The notes under the pieces: model-generated | Told to the model about the DNA's origin: nothing | Seen by the model: the letters and a program-made list of their open reading frames with translations, nothing else | The model's database searches: none | From: Girardia tigrina | Taxonomy: Eukaryota | DNA: 64,000 nucleotides | Assembly: GCA_001938485.1 (NCBI GenBank) | Contig: MQRK01212312.1 | Coordinates: forward strand, 1-64,000 | Direction of reading: 5' to 3' | Made by a program: the position numbers and the translations under genes | Shown: piece by piece, positions 41,489 through 51,948 of the stretch | Layout: every line of letters begins with the position of its first letter | How positions within the stretch are numbered: the stretch's first letter is position 1

Positions 41489-43270
41489 AGAGGAATCGCG
41501 ACGAAACTGTGTACACTGATTGCAGAAGTCTCACTTATAATCGCTGACGATCAAACTAAATGCTGATAGGTCGCGTTTAATAATTATTTATATTCACTTC
41601 GCAACGATTATTACAAATGGGTAAATAGTATTAATAATAATAGTAATATCTTCCTTCTCATTATCTCTTTTTATCTCTTTAATAGAGAGAATGACAAGCT
41701 CGTTCTTAGGAAGCAGGTGATGTTGAAGCTGATTCAGACTATTTCTTAGTTGTTCTATTGTTCTAATTGAAAATAGCCTGATTTCATATCAACGTGAGAA
41801 TCTCTTAAGTACGCTGACATGCCAGCATCGAGCTAACAGGCATCACAGACACACAGCCGCATTTATCCCCGCGACCCCCCCTCCCCGGCCACACACTCGC
41901 TCCTGCAGACAGTCTTCTGCAAATGTTGTGTATAATTGCTGCTTATTAATTCGCTGGAGGGCGGCAATAAAACCAAATTAATTTGTGAATTCGATCTGCT
42001 AGAGTTCCTTCGCCTCATCTAATATTTGATATAGGAGGCTTAATGAGATATAAGCATTTTTGCTCGTTTGTTGTAAATCTTTGTCCCAATAAATTTATAT
42101 ATTGGAGCTGGAAAAAAAAATTTTTAACCACTAAACAATTAACCGCATTGAAATATTAAACACGTTTCAGGACTCTGCCATTTATTAAATTGAGTAGGCT
42201 AATTATTTGAGATTATGTGGAGATAAATTAATTTTACCACGCAACTAAACTGCTGTAAGCGAGCGCAGCTGACTTCTCGATGTGATTCCTGTCGTCAACA
42301 ATCGCTAATGATTCCATAGTCTTACTGACTGCAAATATGAGAAAATCATTTATCTAGAATTACATTATAGGGAGAATGCACGATGCATTCGCTATCAGAA
42401 TTAATGTGGCTGAGAATAATTGAGGAATGATAATGGGTTTTAAATTACTAGAAATATACGATTGTCGATGCTCCGGTTGCATGCTCCATCATGTGAGTGT
42501 TAAACCTGTCGTCATTCTTCGCTAATGGGTCCGCTTTGTTCAGATATGTTCCTAGCTAATTGCTACAGTCTGTGGATGCTCAATAATTTTCAGTAACCAA
42601 TTCAATCCAATTACATAAAATAATCACTTTATTTTACCGATTATCAAAGGGAAAAAATAATGTATCTAAATGTTTGTCCATTATGGTTTTTTTAATATTA
42701 ATAGTGTTATTTAATTAGTATTCAAAACCGCTTTATCCAATGCTGTTTATTGAATCAATGAATATCTCGTGAAATGTTTCCCCGTCTTCTTTTTGTTCCG
42801 TCCTCGCAAGGATGCGATTCCTCATTATTCTGTCGGTACTCCCAATTTCGGGATCTATCGCCACTCGCCAGATTCATTCAACCAGAAGAGAATGAGTATT
42901 AATTATCCGCGTTGCGGAATTGAGTCACTTTTGGGGAATGTTTTCGATAAGTCATTAAATTTGAATATAAATACGATTAAAATACTCTCACGATACAGAA
43001 GGAAAAATATTTTTTTCGTCTAAAATCAGAAATTATATTTTAAAAATATAATGTTAAATGAATATAAATTATTATCTCTATGAAATCTGATCTTTGGGAT
43101 CAGTTTCTGACGAGCAGGTTCAACTGGACGTCTTATAATCTTATCCTGGCCATTGGGAGTACAAAAGAAACGAGCAACCTTTTTAAAAAATATTATTCAA
43201 TAAAATGAAACGCTTTAATACATTTTTTAGGAATAATAATAAATAAAAAATGCATAGAATTTTTCAGTCA

Positions 43271-44347
43271 TTAAGGGGAAAATGAGCATTCTGCCTACAA
43301 CCCCCCTGAGGGTAACCCGTTGCCATGGCAACATTTGCGGTTACCATAGCAACCGTCACGATCACCCTAGTAACGGTTACGGCTCACTTGGTAACGGTAA
43401 CCAAGGTCTTAGTTACCATAGCAACGGTAACCAAGGGGTGTTTTTCATTAGCAACGGATACAGTGATTCAAGGTTGTTGTAAAAATGGTAACAGTTACCG
43501 AATCCATATCAACAGTGACCCTTTCCTTAGCAACCGTAGAAAAAAGTGCTAATCGATCGCTGCATAGTGCATAGATGTTTTAACCGATACTTTAAAAGTG
43601 CTAATCGATAGTGCACATTGTGCCGCACATTTTTAATTACACATGTGCAAAAGTGCAAAAATCAATACATATAATTTTTAAAAACTAGTGTCAAAAATCG
43701 ATATCATGTGTTTGATGCTCATATGTTTGATTCTCTAACTAAATGTGCAATTAGAATTTTCATATATTGATTACTTTTGCCTATAATTAACATAATGTAC
43801 AAATTTACACAAAATGCACATCGATTTTAGGCCTAGGCAGAGGTACAAGAAAGCTGAATATCAAAAATGTGCTCATACACTTTAATAGTAATTCATATAC
43901 GTACATTCAGATTCCACATCTACATTTTCGAAAAGGTGCTGAAATATCCATTTTTTCGAACATTTCTGAAATTCTCAAAAAAGTGCTTAAAATCGGTGCA
44001 TAGTGCTTTTTTCGTATATACCTGAAACCCATATGTAATATGTATGTTGCTTGTCATCAAACAATACCTCATGAATCGTTTAATGTAGCCCAGCCTAGAC
44101 ATCAACAATCACAAGTACCATGGTTACCGTAACCAAGATACATAATTTTTTATATTATATGTAAAATCTACATTTATAAAACTCCTATCCTACTTAAAAC
44201 GTGCATAGACATGTAAAACGTGCCTAACATGTACATGATCTGCTAAAGTAGATGAGCCTAGACATCAAATATCATATCACCTTGGTTACCGTAACCATGT
44301 TACTATCTTCATGCATTTGTTATGCATCCATCATGTCAACGAGTTGC
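43271..44347 (+). repeat. Left TIR (~1.08 kb)
   Basis: Reverse complement of 50412-51340, e.g. GGGGAAAATG(A/G)GCATT and CACCTTGGTTACCGTAACCATGTTACTATCTTCATGCATTTG. Confidence 0.92.
43319..43425. promoter_or_regulatory. Array of RFX X-box-like palindromes in left TIR
   Basis: GTTGCCATGGCAAC (43319), GTTACCATAGCAAC (43340 and 43412), and degenerate units at 43361 and 43382. Confidence 0.6.
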
Positions 44348-44545
44348 ATTCATTATGTTAACGAAATTTGAATTTAAAATTTGAATTTTAATCAATATTT
44401 TAAATTTCTAATGAGACACCTGTCATTATTTCAAAATCCTGTTAAGAAAATGGTGAGTTTTTTTTTCAGTTCCGTTAAAAAATATTTTTTTTAAAATTCA
44501 AATTTATCCCAATACTACAAATACAATTTCTCTTCACAAGAGGCA

Positions 44546-47500
44546 ATGTACAAAACTAGTTTTGAAGAATTTTACAATGACTATAAACAACATGTAGTTC
44601 CTTCCACCAAATCGAAAAAGCATATATTCAAAGAAAATGTCGAAGATGTTTCAAGAGAAAATTCCTATGAAAATTCAACAATGTTCATTATACAGATGCT
44701 GCATGGCAAATGTTCACAATCCACAAATTTATCATGATACAATGCAGTGTTACTATGGATATGTGTTCAATAGATGTGAGTATTACATTTATCCAGTATG
44801 TCAAAATGCAAGTAGTGGTGACTATCATCAATTTTATGATAGCCACAAGAACCATTTGTGGGACTTTTCAATAAAGTCCAGGAAGACTATCTTCCAATTA
44901 TCAACGTACCAAGTTCTCGCATCACTAAATTTTTCGAATGTTCCAATTGAGAAGAATGTGTTAAATGTCCAAATTGAGAAGAATCTAACAAATACGATAA
45001 AAGTTCCCTTAAAACGTGTAAATGCTACAAATGTTCCAATGGAGATACATGTTTCAAATGCTGCCAAGGCTGCAAATATTCCATCAAAACGTGCAAATGA
45101 TACAAATATCATAAATGTTCCATAAAAAAGTTCAAGACAGGACCAATTCATAAAGCTTCATTGAATAAGAAGGTACGTTAATATGTTATCAAGGCTCCCC
45201 AGGCTAACCTAGACAGCAAGGTTTCAAGTCTCCACGAGTTTCTGGAATATTCCAAGAAGGAAACCATGGAGATTCTACAAGACAACATGTTTGATTTCAA
45301 GGCTATCAAAGTCAACCTTAAATTGGAGGCAACATTCACCAATGTTGATGATGATGTGTCAAATAGAGCCTTCAAGACCAAAAATAGACCAATGTTAGAA
45401 TCCGATGATATTTTGGAGTGGCTCAATGAAGAATATGCCAAGATAATGAAGGAAGCTGATGAGAGCAAAGAAAAGAAGAGTGGATGGACTCTTGCATACG
45501 TTAACCAATTGATAATTCATGTTCATAAATACTCCACAATGAGAGGCAGGTCCTACATACCGCTTCCTGAATGGATAGCTAATAAAAAGGCATGCGTCAA
45601 TGTTTACAATAATGACAGCATGTGCTTCAAGTATGCTTTGCTGTCAAAATTTGTTGAGGATCAGAACCATGCATCACTAGTATGGATATACAACAATCTG
45701 CAGCATCCATATAACTTCAACTGCATAAAATTCTCACCGAACCTGGAAGAAGTCACTAAATTTTGAAGCCACAACAATGTTTCAATCAATAACTTTGGTT
45801 TGGAAAATGAAACATTTTATCCCTTACTTGTATGTAAGGAAAAAATAGGAGATCATCTGGATTTGCTATTGCCAGATGATGGAGAAAAGAGGCATTTTAT
45901 ATGGATCAAAAACTTTGAGCGCCTTCTAAGATCCCAAATATCGAAACATCATGGAAGTATCGAGATTTGTAAACGATTCTTTACACATTTTAATGGAGAT
46001 GATGCGGCAATTAAGTTGGAAGAGCACAATGCTTATTACAATAACAATCATTGCATCAGAGTGGAATTATCAAAGGAAGATTATATCGAATTCAAAGAAT
46101 ATGAAAAGATGCAGAAAGTGCCCATTATCATATATTGTGACTTTGAAGCCATTCTAAGCCCAGTTAAAACATGCAATCCGGATCCATAACTTAGCAGTAC
46201 GACATCATACCAGTATCATGAGCTATCATCATATTGTATGTATGCATTTGGTATTGACAGTGAGGCATTCCTATACAGAGGGCCAGATACAGCAGAATAT
46301 TTTATGAAACGTATGGATAGTTATGCCCACAGAATTGAAGACATGTTGCAGCAACACAAGTTCAACATGATAATTACATGGCAAGAAAAGTGTGGATGGA
46401 GAAAGGCAACACAATGCTACTTGTGTGAAAAACCATTCACAAATGACAATCACAAAGTCAAAGACCATTGTCATTTTACTGGAAAATATCGAGGAGCAGC
46501 ATGTAATAACTGCAATTTGCGATATAAAACATCTACAAATGTTCCTGTTGTATTCCACAATCTTAGTGGATATAACTCCCATTTCATAATAAGAGAACTG
46601 GAAAAATCAGTGGGTATATATACGTTATTCTAAATAGTAAGGAAAAATACATCACATTTACCAAGCATGTGGGTAGAATTAAGCTACGATTCATCGATAG
46701 TTTCCGATTCATATCATCATCGCTGGACAGCCTTGTCAAGAATATTCCTGCAGCTGAACTGAAGGAAACTAAAAAGTTCTTCCCAAATTCATTTGACTTA
46801 GTCAAAAGGAAAGGAGTATTTCCTTATAACTATATAAGATCATGGAGATCGCTGGATGAAACAATATTGCCAGCAAAAGAGGCATTTTACAACAAGCTTA
46901 ATGACACCGACATTAGTGATACTGATGCACAAAATATCTGGCAAGCTTTCAAATGCCAAACACTTGGGAGATATAGTGATGTATACCTCCAAACAGATGT
47001 GCTGCTTCTTACGGATGTTTTTGAGAGCTTTCGGGATGTGACACTTAAGAGCCACAAGTTGGATCCAACTCATTTCTTTACATCACCAAGTATGAGTTGG
47101 GCAGCAATGCTGAAATATACAGGCATAAGGATTCAAATCCTGAAAGATTATGACATGATCCTCATGCTGGAACGGTATGGTGAGGCAAACAATAATACAT
47201 GAAAAATTATGATCCATCCAAGGCATCCTCCTACATAACATTCTTGGATGCTAATAATTTATATGGATGGGCAATGAGTGCTCCATTACCATGACAATTT
47301 CAAATGGGTGGATCAACCTGAAGACATCACGATAGAAAAACTGAACCCTAATGGAGATGTGGGCTACATATTGGATGTGGTAGTTGAATATCCAAAATCC
47401 ATCCATACAAGACATGAGTAGCTGCCTTTTCTGCCTGAGAGCAAATGTGCTCCTAAAGGAAAACATAAGAAGCTGCTCTGTCACTTAGAAAATAAACAAA

Positions 47501-48434
47501 AATATGTAGCCCATTACATCAATGTCCAACAAGCTATAAGGAAATGTCTCATAATCACAAAGATCCATTGGGTTCTTCAGTTTAGTTATTAAAAATGGCT
47601 TAAGCCATATATTGACTTTAACACCAATCTGATGACCAATGCCAAAAACGACTTTGAAAAGGATCAGTTCAAACTGTACAATAACAGCGTTTTTGGCAAA
47701 ATGATGGAGAATATCCGCAACAGAATCAACATGGAACTGGTGTGTGATTTGAAGCGAGCAAAGAAGCTCATTGCCAAATCAAACTTCCACAGTAGTATTA
47801 TATACACTGAAAATCTTGTGAGTATACATATGCTGAAGACATCCCTGGAGTTTGATAAGCCGATATGTGTGGGGATGTCAATCCTTGATCTATCCAAGGC
47901 CTTGATGTACGACTTCCACTATGACATCATGGTCCTTAAATTCCGGGATTTACAGCTAATGTATATGGATACTGATAGCTTTGTCTATCAGATTCATACA
48001 GAAGATCTGTTTGCGGAGTTTTTCAAATGGTTCAACATATGGATATCTCAGACTATTCAAAGGACCATCCAAATTATTAAACATCAAATAAAAAGGTCCT
48101 TGGAAAGTTTAAGGATGAAGTCAATTGTCAAATCATCTCTAGATTCCTGGCACTACGGTCTAAGATGTATGTCATTGATGTGAATGGAAAGATCAAAAAG
48201 ATGGCAAAGGTAGTTCAACGGGCAATGTTAGCAAACCAAATCGGATTCCATAATTATATGAGAGTGCTGCGGGAACAAATCAATATAATTTCTGAAATGC
48301 GAAGGATCCAATCAAGAGGACATCAAGTCTCCACAGTAATGATGCGGAAGAAAATCCTAGACTGGTTCGACGATAAACGACATATTTTGACAGATGGAAT
48401 AAGTATATTACCTCACGGATATTATTTCTTGTGA
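44546..48434 (+). pseudogene. Protein-primed family B DNA polymerase (Polinton/adintovirus type), fragmented by stops and frameshifts
   Basis: ExoI IYCDFEA; EndoVII-like CYLC..DHCHFTGKYRGAACNNCN; ExoII FHNLSGYNSH; FIDSFRF; RKGVFPY; ExoIII YLQTDVLLL; motif A LDANNLYGWAM; motif B KLYNNSVFGK; motif C YMDTDS; GKFKDE. The 44546-45125 part may be its N-terminus or a separate ORF. Confidence 0.93.
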
Positions 48435-48769
48435 ATGATCCACTTGTATATATTGTACATATGTAAATAAATAAATGTTCTTTATAATCTTGTTACGTTT
48501 TAATTCAATTAAAGGTTAATCAAATAATCGTTTCAGAAAGTAATATGTAAAATATTTATTAACGTGATGATAATAATTCAAGTTAATCTATACTATACCA
48601 AAATGCAACAATTCTCCATTCATTTCTAAATTCAGCTTTACTATCTCTAATTCATGTTTTATTTGTGTTTCTATATCCATTTTAACAAATGTATTAATCT
48701 ATTTTATATAAAATCAAGACTAAATTATTACAAGATTTATTAACACAACAATACAACTTGCATCAACAA

Positions 48770-49498
48770 TTAAATACAACGAATTTCTGACAATTTCCAT
48801 ATTTGATTATTTTCTCCATTTCTTTCTTTTCTACCTTGTATGCATATTTTGATAAATGCCATAGTATAATTAGACAAGTCCATTGTTGGTTTTTCATGAC
48901 CCATAAAATCTCTGAATTTTAACCCATCATCTGATCGAAAATATTGTTCTCGATGTTCACTCAGCTTTCCATCTGGTCTTGTTCCAACTTCTTGTAGGTA
49001 AATATTCAAAAGATCATAAATGCGATCACTAATGTCCTTTACATGGTAGCTAAATTTGCTCTTTCTAACATATACCGGATCCCTCAATTTAATTGATTTC
49101 GGATATTTCAACAAGTTAATTTGATATCATCTATATGCTGTTGAAGTAGAAACCCATGGTGAGGAAGATTTTTGTGGAGCATATCTTTGTTTTGGTTGAA
49201 AATAACTAACTTGTTTAGTCTGATTAACCAGGGCTTCAACAATTGGCACTTGAATATCCTTGGCTGTTTGAGTGTCTAGGCTAGCCCGGCTAGCCAGGGC
49301 TACTATTGGTTGTCCAACTAGCCTAAGCAGCCTGATTAGTCTAGGCCGCCCTACTGGTCTGACTGGTTCGACTAGATTAGGTTGATCAGCATTTATCTCT
49401 TCAGTTAATTGGTTAGGTCTATTAATTGTCTCATCATCAATCTTCTTTTCTTCAGTTACCTGGTTAAGTTCATTAAAGGTTTTAAACTTCAACTTCAT
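48770..49498 (-). pseudogene. Unknown ~240-aa ORF with AT-hook-like motif (one internal stop)
   Basis: ORFs 49127..49498 and 48770..49114 are in the same frame, separated by a single TGA. Contains RPVGRPR. No fold recognised. Confidence 0.55.
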
Positions 49499-49760
49499 TT
49501 TAGCAGGAGCAACTTGATTTGTCTAACGGATTTTGAAATAATGACAAAATGTCTTGATGTTGCGATATCTTATAATGTTTATTATATTTATTTTATTTGA
49601 TACATTAAAACAAAACATATCATAATAATATTATTTATATATTACTTTTAATATAATAAAACAAACACTTGTTATTAATTTGTTTTAATGAATCACTATT
49701 AATAAATAGACACAAGGCGGGAATTCGAATTATGATGGATACAGTGACATTCATTTTTAA

Positions 49761-50381
49761 CAAATACTGCGTAATATTAATTATAAAGGATTTACTCAAG
49801 ATTGTCTGAAAGACCTCCATTTTGGTACTAACCCGTACCAATGTGTTTTATACTTGCTAGAGTATACCATTATACTCTTCCGAAACGGAAAATGTCGAAT
49901 AACGGGCTGTAAACTACCAATTGATCCATCCACTTTACCATTCAATCTCACCAATGTCAGTATACAATTTATTACAGTGACTCGTGATTATGGTGATCCC
50001 ATAAATATCAATGCTTTGAAAATGACTACTCCGAATCATTATGAACCTGAAACGTTTCCTTCTATGAGATTAACTTGTTTGAATCCAATATGTATAAATG
50101 TTTCTCGTTCTGGGAAAATTGTAATCACCGGTTTGAGAGATTTAAACTATAAGGATTTTGTTACACGTGTTTTGACTATATTTTGTTTACAATGTTTATT
50201 ACGTAAGTTGTGTTTCAAATATATTGTTGTATCTTCTTCATTCAAAATCTTGTGTATATTAAACATTGTACATATATGTTACAGCTGTACATGCTATTTA
50301 AATAAATGTTTTGTTGAAAATAGTCATGTTATACATGTATTCATTCAAAACCTTGTAAACAACAACTTTTATTATAAATAA
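49761..50381 (+). pseudogene. Divergent TATA-box-binding protein (TBP)-like ORF
   Basis: Two TBP-repeat signatures: TIILFRNGKCRITG, and HYEPETFPSMRL...INVSRSGKIVITG (cf. LIFxSGKxVxTG and YEPELFP). The frame is open from 49761; the likely ATG at 49732/49735 needs a frameshift. Similarity ends near 50180. Confidence 0.82.
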
Positions 50382-50411
50382 TAATGATATATACTATAAA
50401 ATGGTTACTAA

Positions 50412-51340
50412 GCAATATGTTGACATGATGGATGCATAGCAAATGCATGAAGATAGTAACATGGTTACGGTAACCAAGGTGTTTTGATAGTTGATGTCTA
50501 GGCTCATCTACTTTAGCAGATCATATACATGTTAGGTATAATGTCTATGCACGTTTTAAGTACAATAGGAGTTTGATAAATGTAGATTTTACATATAATA
50601 TAAAAAATTATGTATCTTGGTTACGGTAACCGTCGTACTTGTGATTGATGTGAAATCTGAATATACGTATATGGGTTACTATTAAAGTGTATGAGCACAT
50701 TTTTGATATTTTTCTTTTTTGTACCTCTGCTTAGGCCTAAAATCGATGTACATTTTGTGTAAATTTGCACATTATGTTAATTATAGGCAAAAGTAATCAA
50801 TATATGCAAATTCTAATTACACATTTAGTAGAGAATCAAAATATGCATCAAACACATAATATTGATTTTTGACACTAGTACTTTTAAAAAATGATATGTA
50901 TTAATTTTTGCACTTTTGCACATGTGCAACTTAAAAAGCAATATGCTAGCACCTTAAAGATGTGCGACACAACGTGCACTATCGATTAGCACTTTTAAAG
51001 TGTCGATTAGAGCATCTATGCACTGTGCAGCAGTCGATTAGCACTTTTTTCTACGGTTGCTAAGGAAAGGGTCACTGTTTTTATGGATATGGTAACCGTT
51101 ACCATTTTTACAACAGCTTTGAATCACTGTAACCGTTGCAAATGAAAAACGTCCATTCGTTACCGTTGCTATGGTAACTAAGACTTTGATTACTGTTACC
51201 AAGTGTGCCGTAACCGTTACTAGGGTTTTCGCGACCGTTGCTAAGGTGATCTGAACCGTTACCATGGTAATCGGAACAGTTGCCATGGCAGCGGGCTACC
51301 CCTGGGGCGGTTGTGGACACAATGCCCATTTTCCCCATAC
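50412..51340 (-). repeat. Right TIR (~0.93 kb)
   Basis: Inverted copy of the left TIR. It lacks ~43921-44103 and has one extra 21-bp unit plus a ~22-bp insertion. Confidence 0.92.
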
Positions 51341-51948
51341 TTCAGTCAATTAATGTTTAATCGAAACTTTGATCTTACACAATTTACAAATGTTTTCATA
51401 GGAAAATTTGTTTGAAACAATTTTATTTAACATTATTTTGTCTTATGATAAAAAGCGAATAAAAATAAACACTATGTTCCCTCTGTGTACCGAAACACAA
51501 TGCACTGCATGAAGCCTCGTCTGATCCAAACAGTCGTAGAGCTCGTCCCGTCTGTTGTATGAAGTCATTGTACTGTAGTGTTCGGATCGAAGGCCTCAAC
51601 TCATTGGGGATTGTTAGGACTGAGTCAGCGAATTTAACCAACAAGGATCATTTTCGAATGGTATATGCGGTCGATTGCGAGGAAACCACTAGAATCTCTT
51701 TGTCATTCGTTAGGGCAGCAACGGTTTGAGCCGTTCGTTACAACTTGTCATGATTTTTCTTCAAATTCTCGTACATATTTACAATAATCCTTATTTCAAC
51801 AGATAAACACATCAGCATTAGAAATAATAAGAAAAAAGATGAACACTCTGACGTATTTTTCGTTTTTCAAAAACGTGTTTTTGTACATGCGTTCAAAGAA
51901 CTACATTTTATATTGTTATTTTTTATTTTTTTCTTTGTTTTGCATGTA

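Larger units (their letters stand above)
43271..51340. mobile_element. 8.07-kb long-TIR element encoding pPolB, a TBP-like protein and an AT-hook-like ORF (Polinton-related, no integrase or capsid seen)
   Basis: Long inverted repeats at both ends, direct repeat TTCAGTCA at 43263-43270 and 51341-51348, and the internal genes listed separately. Confidence 0.88.

Noticed and set aside
43319-43425. CRISPR-like regularly spaced palindromes
   Set aside because: The context is eukaryotic, the period is only 21 bp, the linkers are 7 nt and similar to each other, and there are no cas genes.
43282-43552. Thr/Val-rich ORFs (and their mirror ORFs at 51038-51338) with 7-aa periodicity
   Set aside because: They are a by-product of the 21-bp DNA repeat in the TIRs, open in several frames, with no coding evidence.
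44450-44545. ATG|GTGAGT micro-exon that might splice onto the pPolB-side ORF
   Set aside because: The good acceptor (cacaag at 44540) gives an out-of-frame stop. The in-frame join needs a rare GAG acceptor, so it is unsupported without transcripts.
51423-51790. Short minus-strand ORF beside the right TIR, considered as the element's missing integrase
   Set aside because: It lies outside the TSD-defined boundary and has no DDE or tyrosine-recombinase motifs.
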